The position numbers and the translations under genes were made by a program. A stretch of DNA of 64,000 bases from Octopus vulgaris. Its lineage: Eukaryota. Location of the stretch: positions 98,890,001 through 98,954,000 of the forward strand of contig OX597821.1 in NCBI GenBank assembly GCA_951406725.2, read 5' to 3'. The notes below the pieces were generated by a model that made no database searches, was not told the origin of the DNA, and was given only the letters and a program-made list of their open reading frames with translations. This document shows positions 41,042 through 54,464 of this stretch, piece after piece. Positions within the stretch are counted from its first letter, which is position 1; the number at the start of each line of letters is the position of its first letter.

Positions 41042-43142
41042 CAAAAATATCACAAAAACTGTTACTCAGAGTTTCATGTTCCTGTTGGTCGGACATTTTT
41101 GTTTAGAATGGAACAAAAATAAGGTTATAAGCAAAAATACAATTAGTTCAATAGATACACATTTGAAAGTGGTTTTGTTTCATTGGTCTTTCAACTGACG
41201 GTCTTTTCGATGACCGGTTGCATGCAATGAACAAATTTATAAAAATCGAAGAAAACCTTAAATAAAAAAAACGGCTTATAAGGAAGCACAGAACCTGAAT
41301 ACCTACGGTAAATAATTAGCTGTAAAATATTAATTGATACCAAACCATCTATGATATACATATATACACTAAACATACAGACGCATGCAGAGAGTTACAT
41401 ACATATGCAGACATATATAGGCAGGACATAAATATATATACAAACGCATAATACAAATAAGAAAATGAAGGAACAGATTCCTTTCAATCATCGACTTACA
41501 GTTATTACCAATTCATATTATTTATTAACTACTTAAATAGGAACATCCAAATCCAACAGAATAAAACAATATACATCAATAAGTAAGATAATACCATAAA
41601 AATAATACACATAAAATGGATCTTACAGCTGTTTCAGTCTGTAGATAAAGGTATCGCATTATGCCTATATTAGTCAGATGTATTGAGGTAATATGCAGTT
41701 AAAATGAGTTACTTATATATATATATATATATATATCTCAAGGCCTCGTCAGAGATTATAAAGTACAATTATAATATGCATACAAATGCATATATATGTA
41801 CGTACGCACACACGCAAGCGTGTGTTTATACAAGTTAGTTGTTACCAGTGAAAGAAAGAGGAGGGAAAAATCAGAAAATGTTTAGTATGAGGCGGAGAGA
41901 AAACAATTGAAAAGAAGAAAATAAATAAAAGAAAGAGAAACAGAAAATTAGAGAGAGAAGGGAAAATAGATAGGAGTGAAGAGTGTTACATAACGGCGTT
42001 CGAAAAGTATCTAAAGGCGATTAGATACTCCGTTTAACTTGAACAACGATCACATACAAACGCACACATAAAATTATATGTATATCTACATAAGTACAAA
42101 CATACATACAAATATACACATATATAGATACGCATACAAATATACAAAAATATGTACACAAATACATGCCCATATATATAAAAGTATATGCACATTTACA
42201 TACACATATATGTTTTTTTTATTCTTGCGAGCCATCTACTTGCACTTTGGCTCTATAAACAATACCTTTTTCAAGACATTTTCCTTCTAACGGGCAACAA
42301 GTATTATCTTTGTAGTTGCAGTTCCTCAGATTAGACTCGGCACTGTAATTATCTTTAATAATTTTCGTGACGGGCTGGCTAATGAAAGAGGTGGAGTTTG
42401 TGCAACAGGAATAGCTAATCTTCAGTGTTCTCCTATTAAAAATTCTATATAATTCATGGCTTTATTGAAAATGTTTAAAAACTAATTTTATGAATTCCTT
42501 ACCTATATTACTTTTTACGGCAATATTAAATGCAGGGTTAAACCACAAAACTTTCCTAGTTCTAGTTCTACGTGTTCTAATATTGATAGAATTAATTTAA
42601 CTATACTGGATCTCCTCTGAGAATCCACTTTTCCTTAATGCGTTATTATAATACGGCGTAGCATTTTCAAATGCTGTCTCATCTGAAGAAATTGATGATA
42701 ATCGCCTTCCTACATTACTAACTAGGTTCTCAAGAATTACAGGTGGATGATGTGATTCTTTGCTAATATAGCATAGCTTTTCGTTGGGCTTACGGTAGGG
42801 TTTAAATTTCTCTAATTGCAAATCTAAGTTGATATCTAAAAAAAAAATCTAAATCTACGCTTTTAAGGTTACTTTCTATCATAATCCGTAAGCCCATTCT
42901 TTGGAAGAAAGTGATCAGATTATTCCTAAGTTTATCTAACTCATGGCCGTTTAAATTATAGGTGACTATAAGACCGTCATCCATGTATAATCCTGCATCT
43001 ATAAAAGGGTATTCTAGATGCAGATTAGGATAAATATAAGTTCCTATAAACATACATAACTCCACCCCATAATTTAAACGGCCATGAGTTAGATTGTAGG
43101 TATGTATATGTATGTGGGTATGCATATACATATGTGTGTGTG

Positions 43143-43228
<86 letters not shown>

Positions 43229-43400
43229 CAAAAATATCATAAAAACTGTTACTCAGAGTTTCACGTTCCCGTTGGTCGGACATTTTTGTTTAGAATGGAA
43301 CAGAAATAAGGTTATAAGCAAACATATAGAATTAGTTTAATGGATACACATTTGAAAATGGTTTTGTTTCATTGGTCTTTCAACTGACGGTCTTAAGCAT
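41042..43400 (-). mobile_element. Penelope-like element: pLTR - RT/EN remnant - pLTR
   Basis: Direct repeats at about 41042-41205 and 43229-43395, each with an H1 hammerhead; ORF remnant 42232-43100 with LYMDDGL, YRKPNE, HPPVIL, WFNP, CPLEGKCL..IVY. Confidence 0.85.
41620..41756 (-). ncRNA. Hammerhead-like motif, canonical core, large loop II containing (TA)n
   Basis: Reverse complement ATCT-CTGACGA-GGCCT-(100 nt)-AGACT-GAAA-CAGCTG-TA-AGAT. Confidence 0.6.
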
Positions 43401-43630
43401 ACATTGAACAAAATTCAGTATAAAATCATCATACAAAATCGAAGAAAACCTTAAATCAAAAAAGCTTAGAAAAAGACAGAGTTTAAATACATAGGGTAAA
43501 TAATTATATGTAAAATATAAATCAATTAATACATTAAAAGTTATATCCGTTTGAAAGTTAAAATTTAAAAAATTCACGTTGGCTTATATATACATTTAGC
43601 AGCATATGCACATACTAAACCATTTTTGTG

Positions 43631-43699
<69 letters not shown>

Positions 43700-43965
43700 T
43701 AATACTACAAAATTAGAAAATGGAGAAACATACTTAAATCAATCAAATATCAACCATCAGATGATACCCAATCAATACTTTATTACACCATTACATAACA
43801 GTAAAGGCATTATACAAAATATATAGTAAATATAATTAGACAATGAAATAGACATATAAAATATAAAATATAATATATAATTATATCATATCTGACAGCT
43901 GTTTCGGCCGTAAGGGCAAGCATGTCTCATTTAACTTATAAGCCATATAAGGCAGGTATAAATGA

Positions 43966-44047
<82 letters not shown>

Positions 44048-44100
44048 AAATACTAAATTTCTAAATCTCTCGTAGAGACATGTACGGTGGTGGGGCGATA

Positions 44101-44284
44101 GAATGGTTGTATACTGTCAATCTAACACGAACGGGACAGTAGGGGGGTACACCACCGCTGTATAGCCCTAGGAAGCATCGACGCCTCCTGATGGCTTCAG
44201 AAGGCGTCGATGCTTCCCAGGGCTATACAGCGGTGGTGTACCCCCTACTGTCACGTTCGTGTTAGATTGACAGTATACAACCAT

Positions 44285-44287
<3 letters not shown>
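44101..44287. repeat. Long near-perfect palindrome (about 90-bp arms)
   Basis: GAATGGTTGTATACTGTCAATC...CTG ATGGCTT CAG...GATTGACAGTATACAACCATTC. Confidence 0.92.
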
Positions 44288-44330
<43 letters not shown>

Positions 44331-44599
44331 CATACCCACACATGCACACCCGTACACTGAATGCACACACACATACACCTTTTTGCATCCAGGCAGCCCC
44401 CCCTCTTTTCTGCTTTCCGGTTTTGGCTGATGGATCCTCGGTTCCCGCGTAGCGGGGCGTTCGAGGGCCTTTGCGCTCGCGCGCCTTGGCGCGCGCTGGG
44501 GGCTCGGTCGGCCCCTTTGGGCTTGCGTTGCACTGCTTGTGCGTTGTGTGCGTGAGCGCGCTTCGTGTGTGTGGGCTTGCTTCGGATGTGCGCTTGCGT

Positions 44600-46130
44600 A
44601 TGTTTGCATACATACCCACACACTCGCATGCATCCCTACCCACATACATACACGCACACCTACTCACACACACACATACACACACACACATACCCGCACA
44701 CACACACACATACATACATACACACACATACCCACTTCAGACATACACACACACAGACATACACCCATACACCCACACTCACACGCATACACACACACAC
44801 ATACACACGCACACGTACACATACACACACACACACACCCACATACATACATTACACTTGTATACGCACACACTTACATTCATACACACACACACCTACA
44901 CAGCCATACCCTCACTCAGACACACACATCTACCTACACACACACAAACACACACTGACACACACCCATACATAGATACATCTACACACTCACGCCTACA
45001 CACATACATACACACATACATAAACACACACACATACACATACACACACATACGCACACACGCATATACTTATACACATGCACACACACACACATACATA
45101 CACCCATATACATACACACACACATACCTACATACTCCTATACGCACATACATACACACAGACATACACACATACACACTCACACAAACATACACACACA
45201 CATACTTACACACACACTCACCTGCACGCGCACACACATGCATGACAAACACTCATACACTCACACTCACATACGCACACACCAACATAAACACGCACAC
45301 GCACACACACACCTACACTCCCACACACATACACACGCACCTACATACACACACGCACGCATACACACGCATACACACATACATTACACACGTACACACA
45401 CACCTACATACACATGCACACACACACACACACAAACATGCACGGACACACCCAGACATACATACATACACCTATATACACACGCCTACACACCTACATA
45501 CACACACATATACACACGCCCACACAGCTACATACACACACATACATACACACATACACGGACACACCCATACATACTTACATACATACACCTATACACA
45601 CACGCCTACACACCTACACACACACATGCACACACACACACATGTACGCACATACACACACATATACGCACACACATATATACCCACACACATGCACACA
45701 CACACACATACGCACATACATGCACGCATGCACACGCGCACACCTACACGCATACACACACACACACGCACGTACACATACATACATACACACACGCATA
45801 CATACACCCATACACATACATGCATCCTACACACACATACATACACACTCACACATACATACACACACACGCACTCACTCACACACCTGTATGTTCGCGC
45901 ACACACATGCACATACACACACTTCCCCACACCCACACGTACATACATACACACTCATACACACATACACACACACACACACACACGGACATACATCTAT
46001 GCACACACATATATACACACATACTCACATACATTCATCGGACACACTGCCACCCAGACATACACACAGACACACTCACACATCCACACGCACACATACG
46101 TACGCGCACACTCGCAGGCTCGCGCACACA
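44600..46130. repeat. Degenerate (CA/TA)-rich low-complexity tract
   Basis: His/Thr-rich ORFs are dinucleotide-repeat artefacts. Confidence 0.9.
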
Positions 46131-46857
46131 CGCGTTTGCGCCGGTTCGCGCACGCATGCGCCCGCATGCACCTCGCCCTTGGATCCGACGAGACCTCCCG
46201 CCCGTTCCTGGGATGTCGCTTGTCGTTGGGTTTTCCCACGCCCGTCTCCGCGGGACCACTCCTCCATCTTCCCCTCCGCTGGAGTCCTTTTCCTAACCCC
46301 CCCCCCTTTTTTTTTTTTTCGTTACACACACGCGCACACATATACACACATTGCTTAAACATATACATCACTCTTACACACATTCAATCTACTCGCCACT
46401 AATACTACCACGACACTGGACACACACACACACTACTACTCAACACACGCTGGCACGCTACATACGCCCCCACCCCTTCCCCTCCCTCCCTTCCTCCTTC
46501 CTCCCTTTTCTCACTACTGACCTTTGTCTGCTATGCTGCTGCTATGCTGACCACCGTCTCGCCCTACCTCACACGCCTACACACAGACGCACACACTAAC
46601 ACATACATATATTTTTTGTTTTTTTACCTCGCCTCACACACACACATACACACACGCACACGCACACACTCACACATACACACACATCTGTTGCGTTACC
46701 AACCTTGTCTCCACTCTTTTGCCTTTAAAAACCCACTTTGCTCTTGTTATCGTAAACATCCGCCTTTCACCATGTGCTTCTGCTAACACCAGCCGTTTTT
46801 TTCTCTATCTCCGTTGCCCGCTCCGGGATCTTTCTTTCCTCTCTCTTCCTTCTTTAT

Positions 46858-46892
46858 GTTTCCGACGAAGAGCTCCGCTCGAAACGTCATAC
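46858..46892 (+). ncRNA. Family H2 minimal hammerhead-like motif (U4C)
   Basis: GTTT-CCGACGA-A-GAGC-TCC-GCTC-GAAA-CG-TC-ATAC. Confidence 0.6.
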
Positions 46893-47034
46893 CTCCCTGC
46901 TTCCATTTCCTGAGCGCCTATTAATAATAATACTGTAATTGTTCCCTTGTTGTTGTTTTTTTGTTTCCCGTTTGGATTAAAATTATATATATATATATAT
47001 ATATAATCAAAATAGGCAACAAGAATGACTCCGG

Positions 47035-47126
47035 TAATTTGGCACGATCGTTTCGTACTACATCATTTTATTAAATGTTGTAAGTATTACAACAGTTTAA
47101 AATGCTGAGCACTCATCAGCCAATTA
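47035..47126 (-). ncRNA. Hammerhead-like motif, canonical core, long stem II, H17=G
   Basis: Reverse complement TAATTGG-CTGATGA-GTGCT..long hairpin..AGTAC-GAAA-CGATCG-TG-CCAAATTA. Confidence 0.6.
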
Positions 47127-47204
47127 TAGAGGTTTTCCATTAATACAAAAATTTTAAAATCAAGTGGCAACTAGGTAGACAAAGATGTGGATTAAAATTT
47201 TAAG

Positions 47205-47264
<60 letters not shown>

Positions 47265-47329
47265 GAATTGTATATCAGTTGAATAAAGTTAAAACAGTCT
47301 GGTTTTAACGTTTTTTATTATGGTATTTT

Positions 47330-47759
47330 AACAAAATCAGCGCTTTTTGTACTCATTTGTACTCATCAGATTTCAAATGTGTTTCACTGACAGCAGAGTT
47401 CTTGACAACTTTAATGCTTCTTAGAATGCTGGAACCAGCTGAATTTTTAGAATATCTTTTTGATCAATCCGCCTGCTCTTAAGCATCACGGTTTTCCAGA
47501 CGTACTGATATTCTGTAATTTGTTTATATCTATTAATCCACATCATTAACTGGTTGTTATATTATTGCTGTTATTTCCATTCAGGACAGTTTTTAACATT
47601 TTAATAAATCGTTTTTCTTTCATCTTTCTTCCGACCTCGCTTGTGTCATGTAGTTTGTGGAAAGGAAAAATTAGAAACATTTTCTGATCACATGTCTATG
47701 TATGTTCGCTCAACGGAATTTGGTGAACATTGGTGTCCCGGATTTGTTGTCTGTGGACT

Positions 47760-47763
<4 letters not shown>
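47330..47763 (-). pseudogene. Penelope GIY-YIG C-terminal remnant plus 3' region with a decayed hammerhead
   Basis: RVHRQQIRD..QIPLSEH..FLIFPFHKL..EKRFIK aligns with ORF 61958-62530; CTGATGA-GTAC..GTAC-AAAA at about 47333-47373. Confidence 0.7.
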
Positions 47764-47790
<27 letters not shown>

Positions 47791-47927
47791 AGAAATTAAA
47801 AAAGGAAAATACGCTCACTTACATGGTTTTAATATAATTTTTAATATATCGACTCGTGAATTTCATCACACACAACATGGACCAAATTTCTTCTTAAGAA
47901 AAAAATATATATTCATATAAATTAAAC

Positions 47928-47962
47928 ATATCATGAATAGTGATAGCGAAACCGGTCGATAT
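47928..47962 (+). ncRNA. Minimal hammerhead-like motif with A3-U8 core (family H3)
   Basis: ATATC-ATGAATA-GT-GATA-GC-GAAA-CCGG-TC-GATAT. Confidence 0.62.
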
Positions 47963-48134
47963 ATTAAAAATTATATTAAAACCATGTAAGTGTGCGTATT
48001 TTCCTTTTTTAATTTCTTATATACATTACAACCCACCACGTGGGGACAACCGAAATTCCTCTTTTCTGTTACTACTACTACTACTATATATATATATTTG
48101 TGTGTGTGTGTATATATATACATGTGTATGTGTG

Positions 48135-48190
<56 letters not shown>

Positions 48191-48192
48191 TA

Positions 48193-48592
48193 TACAAGGT
48201 GCAGTGAACAAATTGCTGTCTAAATTACGCAAAAATGAAAATAACACTGACGTCTCAATTTAATAGATATATCTATCAAAGTTACATAAAAATATCTTGA
48301 AATAATATCGTCATTGGCTTCAACCACAGCCTCCAGATGACTTCGGAATTTCCTGCAACTCTTCTGGACGGTCTCCTTGTTTAAGTTAGTGAATGCTGCC
48401 ATAATCCTTACCTTCAGTTCATCTTTGGTGTTACTAGGGAGTTTTGTTGGGCTCTTGCTCAACTGCGCCCCACACGTAATAATCAAGGGGGTTGCAGTCT
48501 GGGGAGTTAGGTGGCCAAATGTTAGGGGTTATGTGGTCGCAGAAATTGTCTGACAACCATGACTAGGTAAAATGGCGACAATTTACCCTGTA
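48193..48592 (-). pseudogene. Tc1/mariner-superfamily transposase C-terminal remnant
   Basis: WPPNSPDCNPLDYYVWG...EL..RI..A...RKFRSHLEAVVEA; TA-flanked ends. Confidence 0.85.
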
Positions 48593-48795
48593 TATGAAAT
48601 ATTTCAGGCGATTATAATCCCTGTCAGCATATATGTATACAATGATGTGCTTTAACTACAGCATTAGAGCATTTTAGCTCTTATTTCTAGCAATGTAGGC
48701 GTTCTAACACCTTTAGTCACATTTAGTGACAATTATAGTTTTCCTTTTTGGTAAAACATCGCGTATAACTGCCTATATTAATTCTTTATATGTAT

Positions 48796-49300
48796 GCTAG
48801 CAGTATAGCCAGGCTTTGCTCGGGATTGAGTTAGGATTATTAAGCTAATCAAGCTCTTTATTTCAAAGCAAACTAAGTAACATCGACGTCAAATATGAGT
48901 GAAATCCGTTGAAATTGGTAAACCTTTGGCCGGAATTTTGCAGACAATTTGATTGGGAAATCCCATAAGGAATCAGTTAATCGATTTTTTCCACTCATCG
49001 ATTGTTTTTTTTTTTTTTCGTTTTTGAAGAACTTAAAGCATTCAAAGATCCCATGAGTCCTAAGTAATGCTGGCATCAAGTTTGAACAAAATACATCAAA
49101 ATTGGTAGACGCTAAGGTTGAAAATGGGGTGTAGCCAATTTTAGTGGGGAGTCCTATAAGGAATCGGTTCATCGATTTTTTTTTTTATCCTGATTAAATG
49201 GAAAACCCCATAAGGAATCGGTTTATTGATTTGTCACCCCAAATAGGACTTAACCGAACATTGCTGATTCAAAAACATCGATATTTATACTTTAAAGTTA
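48796..49300 (-). mobile_element. Helitron-like 3' end
   Basis: Reverse complement CCCGAGCAAAGCCTGG hairpin-like segment followed by CTAG; similar to 56979-57007. Confidence 0.5.
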
Positions 49301-49536
49301 GTTTTCATACCCAACCCAGTTCTGCAGAATCAGTGTCGCGACGGGAGCGCATGGGTTCGGAGTTTGATCGGCAAAGGTGATCAGGTTGCATATGCCAACC
49401 CTTTTGAAAACACCACCCCCATCATGTAACCCCACTTTGCCCATGGGTAGAGAACCCTTCCAGCAAGGAAAATAGAACGCCGAAAAGAGCCCCCGATCTT
49501 CTGTGTGAGAAGCGGTTATGTTCAAATCACAACTAA

Positions 49537-49598
<62 letters not shown>

Positions 49599-50601
49599 GC
49601 AACACACACACACACAAACATATACGTACATACACCTATTGCATACATGTTTTTGCATGCCTTTGCCCCTGCCACTGTCCCACCACCACCTCCTATCCGA
49701 GTAATGCCATCAATTGAAGCAAATTTAGCACCCGGACGTAAGTTTTGTAACAGGAACAGAGAAGCCTATCTTCTCCCGCAGAGATGTGAGCGTCAGATCT
49801 CTCCTTTCGAAAACATGAACAGTTTCGAAACATTGTTTACAAAATAATAGCTGATCGTTTGCGAAGGAGCGTGTCAACAGTCAACATGTAGGTCTTTTGC
49901 TCTGGTAACCTCTGCTCTCTCCCATGTTCACGCACGACCAGCTATATATCACTATGAGTAGAGCAACGGATTCGGCTAATTTGGAAATTAGCTGTAGAGA
50001 AACGGAGAATATCGTTTATATATTGTGTGTATATATATATACATATATTTACATCTAATGTAGGATAAAATTTTTCAAAAAAAAAAAAATTTATCAATGG
50101 CCAGCATATTAAAAAATACCTTTAAAGGTTAAATTTATAAATAACTTATATAATAAGGACAAAAGAAAAATTCTTATGCCAAATATGCCGAAAATAGACA
50201 TTGTCAATATCCATTATAATTTATGCGTCCCGAAACAAGCCGATAGAAATTTCTTAAAAATTCCGTTATTACCGTATTGGTCCCAATTTCAGAGTTAATA
50301 CATAAGAATTTTCTCCTCCTCAGCGATAAATACGTAAGACATAAATGAAATACTTACTCATACCCATGGTAAAAGCAAGCACTAAGTCCTGAGCAGACCT
50401 AAGTACCCCAAATATATCCAAAATAGAAAATCTTCAGCACATCTCGAGACACGTGTGATTCGAACTAGAAACTTTCACAGAGTGAGAGGATCCGGAAATG
50501 AACACTATTCAATTTACATCTAATGTAGGATAAAAAATTTTCTAAAAAAAAAAAATTCTATTTTGGATATATTTGGGGTACTAGGTCTGCTATACACATA
50601 C

Positions 50602-50726
<125 letters not shown>

Positions 50727-50752
50727 AAAAGAAAGAAAGAAAGGAAGAAGGA

Positions 50753-50784
<32 letters not shown>

Positions 50785-50955
50785 CTGGAAGGAAGGAAGA
50801 AAGTGTGTGTTTGCAAATAGGGTGAAGATTTTTTATATTACCTTTAACGTACGCAATCCTATCTTACTAAGGGAAGCAACTTAGAATATGAGACTTGGTA
50901 GTGATGGTAATGGTTTTGGCTGTAGCATCGTTATGATAGTGGTAAATAGAGAGGA

Positions 50956-50991
<36 letters not shown>

Positions 50992-51627
50992 TTAGTGAGG
51001 TGGTGACTTTGTTGTCAATGTAGTAGTGTCTGCTACTGGTAGTGGCGGCGTTGCGGTCATCACCGCTGCTATTATTGCTAACTCGATTTCAAAATATATT
51101 TTTCCTTATTCGTAAAGATATCTCCTTCCTATTGAGTAAAATTTGAAATAAGCACATAAATATGTAGTACATCAATGATTTAATGTTTGATTTTGCAAAT
51201 TATTATAGAACCTTAATAATAAGAATTTACATAATCATGTTTGTAGCATAAAATAGAAACTGTTTAAATTTTTATCAAACTGAAATGAGTTCTTGTTGGT
51301 TATCTTTTTTATTATTATTATACGTTATCAAATACATTGAAAACACAGCTGACGTGGACTGGAATATGTGGATAAAATACTGCGTACACATATCCTTAGA
51401 TTCCATTGTGATTTCATAGTGAAGATAAATAACCCCATATCGGCGGTGGTAGTCGCGGTAGTGCTAAGGAGATATCAGTGAAGAATTTTGGTTGCTTTAA
51501 TGTATAAACTTGGATATTCTCATTCCAGAAATGACTATTACATTTTGTAGCAGTGATATTCTTGGGTTTATTGCTAGTTACTGGTAATGATGATAGCTGT
51601 TTGTTTCAGGTTGTCATTATAGAGGTG

Positions 51628-52010
51628 GAGGCGCAATGGCCCAGTGGTTAGGGCAGCGGACTCGCGGTCATAGGATCGCGGTTTCGATTCCCAGACCGGG
51701 CGTTGTGAGTGTTTATTGAGCGAAAACACCTAAAGCTCCACGAGGCTCCGGCAGGGGATGGTGGTGATCCCTGCTGTACTCTTTCACCACAACTTTCTCT
51801 CACTCTTACTTCCTGTTTCTGTTGTACCTGTATTTCAAGGGGCCGGCCTTGTCACTCTCTGTGTCACGCTGAATATCCCCGAGAACTACGTTAAGGGTAC
51901 ACGTGTCTGTGGAGTGCTCAGCCACTTACACGTTAATTTCACGAGCAGGCTGTTCCGTTGATCGGATCAACCGGAACCCTCGTCGTCTTAACCGACGGAG
52001 TGCTTCCATC
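51628..52010 (+). mobile_element. SINE family C, full length with TSD (tRNA-Arg-like head)
   Basis: A/B boxes; TCG at anticodon-like position; TSD CATTATAGAGGTG at 51615-51627 and 52011-52023. Confidence 0.93.
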
Positions 52011-52746
52011 CATTATAGAGGTGAAAGCGGCGGAGACATAGTCATCTGCTTCGTTTTATATGTTTGTTCGTCTTTATTTTTTCCTAGTCATTAGAAAGTT
52101 TGTAGTGAAGATGAATAAGTTCTGTTTAGTGTTTTAAAAAAGCTACCTGGAATCGTAACATAAGGGTTGCATAGGAAAGGGCAAGTGCAGGTGATAGTTC
52201 ATTATCCAGGACCCTCTCATGATTTAAAAAAGTAATATAGGAGGTGATTATAAATATTGACTACCTGTATAAAAGCTCGGGAAAATTGCATGTAGTTCTA
52301 AGGGCCGTAGTAAAAACCACAAGCTGGGAATGTCTAAAATGGAATATGTGGATAAAATACACAGTGCAAGTCAGAAAAGAATTTGAAAATGCATTGAGCT
52401 CTTATAGGATCAAAGATGTATAACTGCAATCGAAAAAAAATAAATAAATATCCCTTTCATTTGTAAGATATTTTAGAAAAATCTTCAAAGTCTAGAGTCA
52501 TTGCAATAGCATTCTTCTCATGAGATATCATGAAGAGTGCCATTGCAATCTGGACATAAGTCAGCAAAGTCTGGATCGATTTGAATATGATAGTCACTTA
52601 ACATGGGTTAAAAACATTAGTGGAATTGTGATAGTGTTCGTCTTACTTTCTGTTGTAGGCATTCTCCTTTTTTCTGAGACATGAGCTGGTCTGTTTGTGG
52701 ATAATTGTTTACTAGTATTTGAAGCTGGTGCCTCAGATCACAAAAT

Positions 52747-52792
52747 TTTGTCAGTGAAGAGGTCGCGGTTTCAAAGAGAAAATATTTTGACA
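52747..52792 (+). ncRNA. Decayed homolog of the G3-C8 hammerhead
   Basis: TTTGTCA-GTGAAGA-GGTCGCGG..GAAA-ATAT-TT-TGACA. Confidence 0.4.
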
Positions 52793-52820
52793 CAAAATAT
52801 TTGTCTGTTCTTAAATGGCT

Positions 52821-52870
<50 letters not shown>

Positions 52871-52880
52871 CACATCCATC

Positions 52881-52969
<89 letters not shown>

Positions 52970-53266
52970 GGACAAGAACGCAAAACATCCGGACAGCTAG
53001 GTGATACAAAAAGGGACAACAAAACATCCAGATAGACGATACAAAGAAAACAAGGACGGGTCATTCGAAGTTTTCTTTCTTCAGTCAAGCACCAGATTAT
53101 CCTCGCAATTTCGGCTGACATGGTGGTTGTCAACTCCTCATTCAGAGTCTGACTACTTCTTGTACATACACACCTTAGAACCATCATGGCGTCTGATGTT
53201 GCTTTTTAAACCAAACAATGTATTGAAAAGACACCCATATATAGATTGCATATCCGATTTGGACCA

Positions 53267-53329
<63 letters not shown>

Positions 53330-53803
53330 CTTTAGATGCGTTAAAATATATTAGTCACATATTCACAGCAGTTATCGCGGACAATAAAATATCTGCCCAG
53401 TGCTTTCACCTAGCGGATTCCCAGACGCGTTTCTGGTTTTTTACTCTAAAATTTGTTTATTCCTCATCACTGCTTGGCGCTGATGCCGCTATTTTTATTC
53501 CAGAGGAGCGGTCCACGAGGGAGAGTCAGTTGCTGATGTTGATTTTATCTTACATTAAGCTTAGGGCTTTGAATCTCCCCAAGATTCCGTCTTCGGTATT
53601 TCGCATTGAGAAAGGCTAAGGAGCCAGAAACGTGTCAGGGCATATGGTGTTTTTACGCCTTTTACCATAAGAGGAATTTTTTTCTCTACAGTAGCTGCAG
53701 TGAATTTGGCTTTATAAGCTAAAATATGTCACAAACATATTTTAACTAACCTAATGTTCGTTTACTCATCATCACTATTTTGGAGCTGATGCTGTTTAAT
53801 ACA

Positions 53804-53876
<73 letters not shown>

Positions 53877-53955
53877 ACGCACGCACGCGCACACGCACAC
53901 ATGTATGTATGTATGTATGTATGTATGTATGTATGCATGTATGTATGTATGTATG

Positions 53956-53986
<31 letters not shown>

Positions 53987-54101
53987 TATAAACATATTTA
54001 CATACATACATACATACATATATATATATTTGTGACCGTGTGTGTACCGTTAACGATTTTTTTCCTCTGTCTTCCCTTCTTTGGATCTTTCCTTCTCCTA
54101 T

Positions 54102-54136
54102 GTTTCCGACGAAGAGCTCTGCTCGAAACGTTAAAC
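54102..54136 (+). ncRNA. Family H2 minimal hammerhead-like motif (U4C)
   Basis: GTTT-CCGACGA-A-GAGC-TCT-GCTC-GAAA-CG-TT-AAAC, inside a repeat homologous to 27507-27695 and 46740-46982. Confidence 0.7.
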
Positions 54137-54231
54137 CCTTCTTCTTTCCTCCTTTCCTGAGCGTCCAATAATACAATATTTGTTCCACGTCCTCGCGTTG
54201 TTGTGTCTTTTTTGTGCTTTCATGTTTGGAT

Positions 54232-54274
<43 letters not shown>

Positions 54275-54464
54275 TCGAATGGAAAGAGATTGCTCTTTCA
54301 CAGGGATGTATTTTATACAAGCGTACACCAGTTCAGCTGATATCGTTTAGTATACTTGGAATTCATTCATTTGTGTTAATATTAGTGTTAACACGTATAA
54401 AGTGGCAGTAGTAGTTATATATATTTTCATCCATTCCATATGGGGGAATAGAATTTTAACATTA

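Noticed and set aside
44471-46402. 643-aa His/Thr-rich ORF
   Set aside because: Translation of a degenerate (CA)n tract; open in several frames, with no domain.
51628-51705. tRNA-Arg gene
   Set aside because: It is the tRNA-derived head of a SINE with body, tail and TSD; the acceptor stem is incomplete.
53415-53645. Two GAAA-CGYG-TC half-motifs in opposite orientation
   Set aside because: Stem I pairing is poor and the cores are degenerate.
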